Shown in pieces: positions 52,656-64,000 of a stretch of DNA of 64,000 bases. The position numbers were made by a program, and so were the translations under genes. The notes beneath the pieces are model-generated. The model was not told where the DNA came from and did no database searches. It was given only the letters and a program-made list of their open reading frames with translations. Numbering within the stretch: the first letter of the stretch is position 1; every line of letters starts with the position of its first letter. The stretch comes from Eledone cirrhosa (Eukaryota): positions 261,454,001-261,518,000 of the forward strand of contig OZ024743.1 in assembly GCA_964016885.1 (NCBI GenBank), given 5' to 3'.

Positions 52656-55043
52656 ATGGCCTCAACAATGAAGAAAAAATGCAGGCAGTACAGCATTGAT
52701 TACTTATGGTTCGGATTCATCCCATCACCGTCGAACCACCTGTCACCCATGTGTTTAATTTGCAAGGAGTCCTTTTCAAATGAGGCGATAAAGCCATCGC
52801 GTTTGAGTAGACACCTGGAGGTGAGGCACCCTGATAAGAGATATAAAGATTTACCATACTTTCAGTCTCTTAGGAACCAATTCCAGAAAACAACACTAAT
52901 TTCTTCTACCTTTTCAAAAGTTGAAGCTTCAAATGTTGATGGACTTGTCGCATCTTACAATATTGCCAACATAATCGCAAAGTGTGGCAAGCCCCATTCA
53001 TTGGGTGAAACATTGTTAGCCCCTGTCATCTCAGAAGTTCTTTCAACAATACTACGTCAGAACCCGTTAAAGACCTTGAAATGTATTCCGTTGAGTAACG
53101 ACTCAATAAGGAGACGCATCGACGAAATGGCGGAAAATGTTGAACAAAAATTATGCAACATCTTGAAATCGACACAATTTGCTTTGCAACTTGATGAAAG
53201 CACGCTTTCCGGGAATCAGTCCTTACTACTGGGATACGTGCAATTTTTTCCACCAAAACGAAATGCACGAGGAGCTTCTCTTCACTCTGAATCTAGCCAC
53301 AGATACTAAAGGTGCCACCATCTTTGAATCTGTCAAGGGATACCTCGAAGAAAAAGAGATACCTCTTAACAATATTGTATCATGTGCTACAGACAGCGCA
53401 AGAGCAATGGTCGGCCAACATAAGGGTTTCGTCTCTCTTCTGAAGAGGGAAAATCCATCTGTATTTGCTGTTCATTGTGAAGCAACTCCACCTACTTCCT
53501 GTCTAGAGAGCGGTGATGAGATTGTCATGGCAAGGGAGGCAACTCTTACTACAATGTCATCAATTATATCAAATACCATGCCCTCAATGAACGAATTTTC
53601 CGGCAACTGTGCGAAGATAATGACAAAGAATTTGTCGAGTTGCTCCTTCATACTGAAGTGAGGTGGCTTTCAAAAAGGCAAGTGCCTTACTCGCTTCTTT
53701 GAACTGTTCGACTCTATCATTGAGTTTCTTCGAAGACGCAACACAGAACTGTATAAAAAAAACCTCGATGTGAGGCAAGACCTCGCCGACATCTTCGACA
53801 AATGCAATAGTCTCATTATAGCTTTGCAGGGGGAGATGATCACCTTGTTTAAAGCAAGGAATGCTGTGAAAATATTCCTGGCCAAATTGAAAGTCATCGA
53901 AAAGAATCTTTGTCGACGGGAATTCTATAATTTTCCTAGTGTCGCCAATGTTCAAAACATTGTGAACGATGACCAACTCCAAATTTATACTGCGCACCTC
54001 TGTGCACTACAAGACAACATGAGAGAACGGTTTGTCGACCTTTTGCAGATGGATATCCCAATGTGGATAGCAGATCCCTTTACAGCTAACGTCGACGATT
54101 TCGACGTTAAATTTCAGGAAGAATTAATTGAACTTCAGACAGATGACATTATCAAAATGAAATTTTCCAAAATAGGTGAACCCCTTTTTTGGATGCAAGA
54201 GGAAATTCAGTGTCGATTTCCACTCCTACATGCAGAGGCTAAGAGATTTGCTTTGCCTTTTCCTAGCTCATACTTAGTCGAGAGGGGGTTTGGAGTTGTT
54301 TCCAGACTGCATAGTAAGGCTCGCAACGCTACAATGTGATTGCACGTGGAGATCTCCGGCTACAGCTCACGAAAATCCAGCCTGACGTCAAAGAGTTAGC
54401 TAAACTCCATGAAGCTCAAGGGTCCCATTGATACGAGGTCAAAGTAAGTCGATTTTTTTATTTGTAGTTGCAGTCTGACTGGAAACCATCTACCACAATT
54501 CACTTACTCATTTGTATATATTTTACCGTTTACTAATGAATATACCCTCTTACGTGGTCATGAAAACCCTCTTGCGTGGTCTCTAAGCTCACAAAGCGGA
54601 GGGGACATCAAGTTAGATATCAACAGTTATTCTGTCCGTTTCATTAAAGGGAAAATTGGAAAGCTTTGAAATAATACAATTGCCACTTTCTTCCAGATAA
54701 GAGCACTCTTTGGATAGACAGATTTGCTCTTGTATAAATATTCAAAATAGCTGGTATCGTCTGGTGGGAATATAACAAATTCAACTGGTCCTTATTCATA
54801 AAAAAAGAACATTTATGTTCCTTTTTTTGAAATTTATATACTTCCTTTCAAGGAATGTATTTATACTTTCAACTGCCTGCAATGGTAGCTTTGGAATATC
54901 GTTAATCAATTTTTTAGTAATCTACTGATATCAAAATCAGTAGTATATTGAAAAATGGAAAAAAAAAAAAGGGGGGGGGGGGGCGTTTCGTGATTTCGAG
55001 GGGCAAAAGGGGGCGTTTGGCCGAAATGGATTGAGAACCTTTG
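52656..55043 (+). mobile_element. hAT Buster/Charlie (SCAND3/ZBED8-like) transposon, frameshifted transposase 52656-54430; left end unresolved
   Basis: KKKCRQYS..GFI, CLIC..KPSRLSRHL (BED), PLSNDSIRRRI, LQLDEST, ATDSA.AM.G, HTEVRWLS, FPSSYLVERGF; right TIR-like ttgagaacctttg. Confidence 0.85.
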
Positions 55044-56299
55044 ATCTACATCCCTCCCTCACAACGCCCTGGCTTTTATTTTCTTCTCCATCATCTTTAA
55101 CCATGTCTTTATGTCTTTTTTGGTCTTCCCCTCCTCTACTTCCTTCCACATTCATTTCCATCATTCTTCTCACTCAGTCAGTTTCATCTTTCCTCATGAC
55201 ACAAACAGATACAATGTACCTATTCTAAACTAGATACTCATGGTATAATAAACACCATAAATATAGCACCATAAACATAAACAAGGGAATTGATAAAGTC
55301 ATTAGAATATTGAATTAAGTACCTTGCAGTAGCTGTGCTGGCTCTCTCCACTGTGGGTTTCAGGGTCAATAAACAAAATACTTTTCTAGGACAATAGATT
55401 GGTGGAATTGTTGGAGCATTGAATGGAATACCTTGAGGTATTTGTTCTGGTTCTGTGCATTCTGAATTCAAATCCTACCTCATGTCACCAGTAAAATGGT
55501 GACAGGATAGAACTGGAGCACCTATCAGAAGAAAAAAACCCACTCCCAAGAGATCTTCTGTGGAACCTCAAAGGAAGCTGGCTAAAACTACTTCAGTATG
55601 AGTGGTATTAACAACAGCAACAAAAATAAGTATTTCACCCCAAACAGAATCCCTTTACTCTTATACTTGTTATCTTGGTACGCATTAATCAATTATGGAA
55701 TACACATCCAAATTGGTTTCAATGATGAGTATTTGAGTTGTTCAGCCAATGGAACAACCTTCTTCTTCGCCCACTTATTCCTGAGAGGGTCATGGGAGCA
55801 GAGTCCTTAAACACTCCCTCCAGCGGGTCCTGTCAGAACAACCTGCTCATGAAATTGTGTAAGTCGTTGAGTATTCCACAGACACATGTACTCATAATGT
55901 AATTCTCAGGGAGAATTATATTATTACTTTTGAATTAAATGTAAACACAATCCATCTAATGGACTTCCAAACAGTTTCTGTACACCCAATTTTACTCACA
56001 AGGCATGAATCAACCTGAAGCTATGATAAATTACACCTTACCACATAGCCACACCGTGGAATTGAACCCTGGACCTAATGATTGTGATGCAAACTTCTCA
56101 ACCATGATGCAACCATAATCATTTTTAAAAGACTATGTAAATCAGTGATTGTTTATTTTTATTTTCATTTTTTTTATCATTGTTGTTGTTTTTAGTTGTA
56201 AGAACTATATTGGGTCCATGATACTCTGCCACCAATTTTAACCTTTGTCACTGACCATTCTCCATAGGTTTTGTTTTTCATCCTGTAGGATGTCCAATA

Positions 56300-59069
56300 G
56301 TGACCCTCCTCATCAAGCAAGCTTGGTGGGGTTGCCGGCTTAGTCGCCGACGACCAGACCATGAAGCAGGTTGTATTGGGTTACATGTTACCTGTTGCAC
56401 CCAGGAGTGACTTGTCAAAGGGCAGAGGAATTCGAGTGAATCAATGGCCATCCATTAGCATCTAATATCTGGGTTGCAATCAGGTCAGGTTTTTCTGGTT
56501 TCCCTGGATTTTTTTGCTACTGGCTGCCATGCATTACTACCTAACACTTAGGGCCTTGGCAGGTAGTCCATCTAGAAGAAAAACTCTGAATGCATACTGC
56601 AAGGGCAACATCCTGTCCTCCAAATCACATCACCCGGGCTTGTATCCAGCCACTCCATTCTATGCATCATTCATCAACACAACCTGCACCATACACCTGG
56701 AGAGGATATTCCAGCTTCACTTACAGCATGGACACAACACAGGAAGTAGCAGTTATCAGTGATAAGCCTTCAATCATTTGGTGTAAAAGCAAGGCGCCAG
56801 GGGTTGCTCCCAATGGTGGGAGAGATTTTTGGATCTCACTGGACAGCTAACACCCAACTCAAACTGGGCAGCCCTCAGCCAGTAAGCTGCTGTCCCGTCA
56901 TAGTCTGCTTTCCTCAGTGGATGCATGAGCATTAGGATTCATCCAAACCACAGACTGCAACCTTTGCACCAGGTAAAACAACCAAGCAAGAAAAGAGACC
57001 AGCTTTAAAACTGGGAATTTGACCCAAGCTGCCTTAGCTGAGTACAAATGATTGCCCAGTGAGAACAGCCTGGAGATTCTCAGGGCTGCCAGAAGCAAGG
57101 TTCAACACACTGCAAGGCACAGTGTAAATGAGTATTGGACACAGCTCAGTGAGGACATCCAGGCAGCTGCCATAACTGGGAACATCAGAGGCATGTATGA
57201 TGGCATCACGAAGGCACTGGGACCGATCCAGAGCAAGACAGCTCCCCTGAAATCCAACACTGGGGAAGTAATCACTGACAGAGGCCAGCAGATGGAGAGA
57301 TGAGTGAAGCTCTACTCTAGATAGAACACTGTGTCCCACTTGGCTCTTGATGCTGTTGAGTGCTTGCCTGTCATAGAAGAGCTTGATGCTGAGCCAACTT
57401 TAGTCGAGCTCAACAAAGCCATTAACAGCTTGGCCTCAGGTAATGATGGGGTGCCTCCCCCCAGACCTGATCAAGAAATGCAGACTACCCTACTGTGGCC
57501 ACTGAATGAGGTCCTCTGCCAGTGCTGGCAAGAAGGTGCTGTGCCACAGGACATGAGGGGCTCCAAGATCATCACCCTCTACAAGAACAAAGGCGAAAGA
57601 AGCAACTGCAACATTTACAGGGGCATCTCTCTTCTCAGGGTTGTCGGCAAGGTATTTGCACAGGTCATCTTAATCCGCCAACAGAAGCTGGTAGAGCATG
57701 TGTACCCAGAATCACTGTGCGGCTTCTGAGCTGAGTGATCAACAGTAGACATCGTCTTTTCCCTCTCCCAACTCCAGGAGAAGTGCAGGGAACAGAACAT
57801 GCACCTGTATGTTGCTTTTATCGACCTCACCAAGTAGAGACGATCCTTTTCAAGATTGGCTTCCCACTGGGATTGCAGAGCATAATTGAATCTTTACACA
57901 CCAACATGGAGACAGTGCAGTTTAAAAGGGGTACCTCGGAGCCATTCAGCATTCACAGCGGCATAAAACAAAGCTGCGATCTTCTTTGCTCTGCTCTTGA
58001 AGCACGCATTCAGCTCTACAACAGAAGGAATCTTCCTACATACCAGATCAGATGGCAGGCTGTTCAATCTCACCTGCCCCAGAGCGAGGACAATGGTATG
58101 TAAAACCCTTATTAGCGACATGCTGTTTGCCGATGATGCAGCGGTTGCAACGCACTCCAAGCAGGAACTCCAGATACTGATGGACTGCTTCTTCCAGGCC
58201 TGCAGGAATTTTGGACTGACCAAACGTTTTGGGACAGGACAGAGAGGCACCACCAGTCATCAAAATCAATGACTATGAGCTCAACGCCATCTATCAATTT
58301 ACCTACCTCGGTTCCACCATCACCGACAACCTCTCCCTGGACACAGAGTTCGACAGGATTGGGAAGGCAGCTACATTTTCTCACCTCACAACCCAAGTGT
58401 GGACAAACCCCAAGTTGATGGTAAAGACCAAGATGGCTGTGTACAATGCCTGTGTCATCAGCACACTGCTGTATGGCAGTGAGACATGGCCCCCATATGC
58501 TAGACAGGAGAGGTGACTCAACCCCTTCCATCTGAGATGCCTACGTCATATCCTGGCTGATGTCCTTATTCATGCTGACCTTCCCAGCATGTTCACTTTG
58601 CTCCAACAGTGCAGACTGTGCTGACTAGGACATGTCCACTGCATCCCAAAAGACATTTTCTATGGGGAGCCGGCCTCTGGAAAGAGAGCCACCAGTTGAC
58701 CTCAGCTGCGATACAAGGACATTGTGAAAAGAGATACGAAGGCCATTGACATTAACACAGAGTCCTGGGAGGGCCTCATAGCTGACTGGCCAAGATGTAA
58801 GTACACCCTGAATCAACACCTCAAGTCAGGGGAGGAGAGTTTGATGACTGCAGCAGCAGACAGGAGAGCCCCGCAAAAGGAGCGCAATAAATCCAACAGA
58901 CCAGAGACCATATACAGGTGTGATCTATGTGACAGATACTGTCACTCATGTATAACTACCAGATACTGTCACTCATGTATAGCTACCAGAGACACTGCTC
59001 CAGCTGAGCTGACAACAGGATACTACCCATGGTCAGCCCTAACCAAAAGAGGCCTTAGTAGTAGTAGTA
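56300..59069 (+). mobile_element. Degenerate BovB/RTE-1-like LINE, distinct from the dominant RTE family
   Basis: ARSKVQHTAR..NEYW, TLYKNKGERSNC.IYRGISLL, DMLFADDAA, FTYLGSTI, TLLYGSETW, C-terminal CDLCDRYCHS; (tag)n tail. Confidence 0.8.
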
Positions 59070-59895
59070 TTCTCCATAAATGTTTTATTCCTCCACCTAA
59101 AATAAAACTGAACTCCTATAAGGATGAGGGACATATCTAGTGTAAATGTCCATGTTGTGGTATTTTATCTGCTGTTAGTAGATGAAACATGGCTGAATGG
59201 GTAAGAAGTTCACTTCATAACCATAAGATCCCAAGCTCAATTTAGTAAATAACCTTTGTTACCAAGATAAACAACAGCCTACTGAGCTTCCTCCAGGCTT
59301 CAGACAGACTTTAGGCTTTAACCTTTGTCAGCCATGTAGACTTATAATCAAATACATTCCTGTCATGACCATCCCATCTGCTTTTCAGACATAGTGTGTC
59401 TATGACTACATTATCAATTTGTCCTTTTTTTTTCTAATGATGGTAATATGATATTAACAATATTAAATATATTAGTGGCTATAGAAAGGAGATTGAGCCA
59501 CCATGTACAGGCTCCCTCCTTTGTCTCTGAATAGGGATGTGTTGCCAGTGGCGGCAGCATGATTGAAATTTAATTCACAACCTTATATAAGGTCCCAGGT
59601 TCCATCCCACTGCATGTCATCTTGGGCAAATGTCATTTACCATAGTCTCAGGTCGGCTCAAGCCTTGTGATTGAAATTAGATAGACTAGTGTGTGTCAAG
59701 CACTCATTTTTGTCACTTTCGTGAAAGTAAAACTTTTGTGCTACCCACTAGAATAAGAATTATATTGATTACATAAAATTGTGGTTAAATCCTATTTGAT
59801 GTTCCAAAACAAGTGAAAGTGCTTTACAAGAACTTTTGTCATTATACATCCACACATATTTCAGAATCATACTCTGCCAAAGGCTTTCTCTAGAT

Positions 59896-60063
59896 CAATG
59901 GTTCCCAAAGTGTGTTCTGCAAAGGAGTGTCTGGGGATCTGTGAAAAAAAGGTAGAGGAGTATATTTACATTATGACCATATAAGAGTATTAGACTTCGG
60001 AGTTCCCCCAAAAGTTTCTGAACCAAAAAGGGTTCCACGTTTGAAAAAGTTTGGGAAACCCTG
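59896..60063. mobile_element. hAT (Charlie/Buster-type) MITE
   Basis: TIRs caatggttcccaaa / tttgggaaaccctg; 8-bp flanks ctctagat / ctctcgat. Confidence 0.7.
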
Positions 60064-60294
60064 CTCTCGATCAATAAAAGCAAGATGTAGGTACTTACTC
60101 TTAGCTACAGTTACATTATCATATTACATGTTATTTTTCATCAACCTCATTTAAATTAAGCCGTTCCCACAATCACCAACTTACATTGTGCCTTCAAATG
60201 ATATGTTGTTAAATCCTGCAGATAGAGCAGCTATCATTCAGATAAGATTGTTTAGGATTTCATCAGCCCTGCATAAATTCAAGATAACTTTAAA

Positions 60295-60780
60295 TTGTTC
60301 TTGATGCTGAGAAATTAACCTTTTAATATCTGGTTTAAATTTTGTTAAGGACAAGCAAAAGTCTCCTCTTTCCAAAATTTTAAAAACAATTTATTTTGTA
60401 AGAATATGATTTATGATACTAAAACCTGATTCCATAAGATAAGGAAAGGTAACATTAAATTAGAAATCATTTTCCAGAAGGTTGGATATGAAATTGACGC
60501 TCTTTTGGTCTGCCACAAACTTTGGTATCCACTGCTATTAATGTTAGCTTTGCTTTGTCAATTGCATAAAATTTCTTTTTGACATTGGCCTCAGCACAAT
60601 TTGCACTAAAAGGATTCACTATCCACTCCTGTACACTAAAATTTTAATGCCATGGAGTCTCTTCTTCATGTCAAATTTAAGTTGATTGATGTGACTGACA
60701 ACTGAACTTTTCCACTTCCTCAACAGTTATATCATCTTCAATTGAAGAGAATTGTGGAAATTAAAGAAACTCCCTCTTCT
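60295..60780 (-). mobile_element. Highly degenerate Buster-type hAT transposase C-terminus
   Basis: Minus-strand remnants EWIVNPF, YLMESGFS, RGDF.L.LTKFKPDIKRLISQHQ, paralleling 54050-54430. Confidence 0.65.
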
Positions 60781-61182
60781 TAATATTATTATCGATAACT
60801 TTGCCTTTCGTCCTTACAGGGTTGATAAAATAAAGCACTAGTAATGCACTGGGATAATTACTGGCCTTGTGCCAAGAGTAGAAACAATTTCTCACATTCT
60901 CTCACAAGCTCTCCTGTATCGCAGAAATAGAAAAAAAGGATTCAGTCAGAGCACTGCTGTTGTTCTACCTTTGCACATAACATTGTTGGTGTTACACAAC
61001 AGAATATTGTTTTGAATTAATAAACATATTGATGATGATGATGAAGGAAGGGAGTTAAAAAAAGAGAAAGGCAAAGAAAAAGCAAGTAAAGAAAACTAAG
61101 AGAAGGAAGGTATGGACATGGTAAGTGTGATGATGATGGTGATATTTTTGTAAGTATCTGGCAGTTTTATGTATTTCCAACT

Positions 61183-61577
61183 ATCATCATCACCGTTTTA
61201 AGTCCATTCTTCCACGCTAGCATGGGTTAGACGGGTTGTCCTGTTGTGGGCAGTGTCCGGTCGGCTGACCTTGTCTTGCTCATACAGGAACTGATTCTGG
61301 CTTGATTTCTACAGCTGGATGCCCTTCCTAACACCAACCTCATTTACAGTGAGTGCTGGGTGCTTTTTTTCCGTGGCGCCTACACGTCCACTTTACAGTG
61401 TGGACTGGGTGCTTTTTTACCGTGGCACCTCCACGACCACTTTGCAGTGGAATGATAGGGAGCAATGTGAAATAAAGTGTCTTGCTCAAGGAAACAACAC
61501 ATCACCCGGTTCGAGAATTGAACTCACAATCTTTCGATTGCAAGCCCAATGCTCTAACCACTAAGCCATGCATCTTC
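61183..61577 (-). mobile_element. tRNA-head CORE-type SINE with the dominant-RTE-family tail
   Basis: Same head and core as 40339; tail matches the RTE at 1149 and 39498. Confidence 0.75.
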
Positions 61578-61664
61578 ATATATGAAAAATAATATTAATA
61601 GAAGTAATGGGATTAAACAAAGATACTGAATGTATTAATATTAGGGGTAATAATAATAATAATA

Positions 61665-62480
61665 GTTACATTCAATCACAAAGGAAAGTAGGAAGTATTG
61701 GGAATACATTTTGAAAATGATGGCAATTCTGCAATTAAAGCCGCAAAGAACATTAAAGTGTTGGCAAAACATAAAGGTCAATGGAGATTGTGCACTAAAT
61801 GGGAGCAAAAACAACCACTACATGAGCAGTATGTTCTCCATAGCAAAGAACTTGATGTAGATCAAACTCTCACCCGTCAGTGGCTGCAGAGTTATGAGCT
61901 AAAGGCAGGGTAATATGCAGGTTTTATGGTATAAAAACAAAGGAAATGGTACAACCATCACCCAGATGCAATAACAGGAGACAGGAATCTGACAATCATA
62001 TGGGATTTCCCTGTGAACACACTGGCAGAACAATCAAGGCCAACAGATTTGATATAATTGTGAAAGGCCATAAAGAAAAAACATGCTTTTTAATTGACAT
62101 GAGCATTTCATCATATCATAACATCTCCTTCAACGCTCAATAAATATAAAGACCTGACAATTGAAATTAAGAAAATGTGACAGCTTAAAGTCTGTACAAT
62201 ACCAGTGGTAGTTGGTGTACATGGAATGATAAAAAAAAGGAACTGAAAAATATTTGGACCAGATATCTGGAAAGTCATCTCTGCAAGAGATACAGAAAAT
62301 AGTGCAGATTGCTGTCTGAGAAGGGCATTATCAATTTAAATACCTTGCAAAAGCATTTACTGTGGTTTATACCCTTATGGTGTTATAACTGATTGTAAAA
62401 TGTGTGTATGACCTAATTTTTTCTCAGGTGCAGGTGTTAGGTTGCCACTTGGCATGATTTGGGAAAGAAATGAAATTCAA
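61665..62480 (+). mobile_element. Degenerate R4/Dong 3' fragment
   Basis: KW..K.PLH, DVDQTLTRQWL, IKANR.DII..CFLIDMSI, KYKDL; preceded by (TAA)n. Confidence 0.65.
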
Positions 62481-62572
62481 ATTTTTTTGTTACAGTGTTA
62501 TTAGCCTATTATTATGAAAGGCAAAGTTAACCTCGGCGGGATTTGAACTCAGACCGTAAAAGGCCGTAACTC

Positions 62573-64000
62573 CACCGTGTAACAAAAAATTTTTTTTTCG
62601 CTGTTCCTGGCTTGTAATCACTTTTTTTTGTGTTGCTTAGGTCCCAAATAAATAAAAAAAAGTGCTATTAAACAGTTAAAAGTTTGGGTTTGTAAAAATT
62701 CTAAGCTATTCACTAGAATTATTTGTATGCTGGATTTTACGTTGTATGTAAGTTTAATTTGCTTATGTTAAATGATTTTTTTAATATATGTTTCAGGTTA
62801 AATTAAAATTATAAAAGTGCAATAAAGTATAAAATTGTTAAAAAGTTGATTAAAGAGATTTATTGATACTGGATTTTCGCACCCTGAATAAAGGGTAAGT
62901 TGTGTTTTAAGCATTTGTCTCCAGGATGAAGCAGTGGAACTTGGTCAAGGAGGAAGTGCAGGTGACAAGTCAGAGAAGTCGACACAAACCTTTCTCAGGC
63001 TTTTACACTCTTAGGGATGGCCTCTGCTTCTGCCATGACGTGCCTGGACTGTTTGACATTATTGGGGTGCCGTTTGTGCCCAAGGAGTGGCGGTTATTTA
63101 TAGACAAGTTGAAGCCACCACAAGTTTGAAGGCTGCCCTCCTCCACAATGGAAACAAGTTCCCGACACTGCCCCTAGCTCATTCAGTCTGCCTGAAGGAA
63201 GATTACTACAGTGTAAAAGTTCTCTTGGAAGCTCTGCAATACAACCAGTACAATTGGGAAATCATTGGAGACTTCAAGATGGTGGCTTTCCTGCTTGGAC
63301 TCCAAGGAGTCTTTATCAAATTCCAATGCTTCCTCTGCCTTTGGGACAGCAGAGCCACCTCTGACCACTACAAAAGAAAGAACTGGTAGCAGTGAGCAGA
63401 ATTTGTAGTTGGGACCCGGAACGTCATGTGGGAGCCACTGGTTGATCCCAGGATTGGGGTTGATGAAGCAGTTTGTGAAGGCTCTCAACCAAGAATCAGC
63501 CGCTTTTAAGTACCTTCTTGAGTTCTTCCCCAAGTTATCTGAGGCCAAAATCAAAGGTGGAATTTTTGTTAGACCTCAGATAAAGAAGGTGTTTGAGTCT
63601 ACCGAGTTCTCCAATAAGCTCAATAGGGTTGAGAGAACAGCATGGAACTGTTTCAAGGCAGTTGTTAAGGGCTTCCTGGGCAACTACAGAGCAACTGGTG
63701 CAGGATCTGATAAAGGCTTTTGGCGCCATGGGATGCAGGATCTCGCTTAAACTCATATGCTGGACGCTCACCTGGAAAAATTCCAGGACAATATGGGCGC
63801 CTACTCAGAAGAACAAGGCGAACAATTCCACCAAGACGTGAAAGAGATAGAGTGGAGGTACCAGGGCCACTGAAAAATGATGGGGGACTATATCTGGGGG
63901 CTAGTACAGGAATGCGACCTGGACTACAACCACAAATCCAGGAAATCCAGTCATTTCTGACGTGTATAAGTTGCTTTACAAGTGTTATTTGCTTTTACTT
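62573..64000 (+). mobile_element. Chapaev3-like (CMC) DNA transposon, disrupted transposase; runs off the window
   Basis: Terminus caccgtgtaacaaaa; WRLFID, SLKAALLHNGN, IGDFKMVAFLLGLQG, CFLCLWDSR, GLMKQFVKAL, KLSEAKIKGGIF, EEQGEQFHQD; interrupts an OK SINE. Confidence 0.8.

Noticed and set aside
52656-54430. Domesticated ZBED8/SCAND3-like host gene
   Set aside because: Several frameshifts and a TIR-like end indicate a dead transposon copy.

Overview
AT-rich, repeat-dense animal genomic DNA, most likely an octopus (inferred from OK-type and CORE/RTE-tailed tRNA SINEs). The only host gene I can reconstruct is the 3' part of a + strand single-pass class I cytokine receptor (domeless/gp130-like). 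Eight phase-compatible GT-AG exons (5169-38829) encode two FN3 domains, a transmembrane helix, a Box1-like motif and a Tyr-containing tail. The rest is transposon debris: RTE, R4/Dong, CR1 and Penelope retroelements, SINEs, and mariner, Tigger/pogo, hAT, Helitron, Chapaev3-like and MITE DNA elements. The most unusual signal is a 2.4-kb, ~77-copy 31-bp minisatellite in a receptor intron. Its sense-strand unit is an extensive bulged complement of let-7, and about 36 copies carry a perfect 8-mer seed site, so it resembles a natural miRNA sponge. Other points: a candidate poison/soluble-isoform exon, nested inverted repeats around exons, a 120-nt hairpin and a 213-bp-arm foldback element. All counts and alignments were done by eye.
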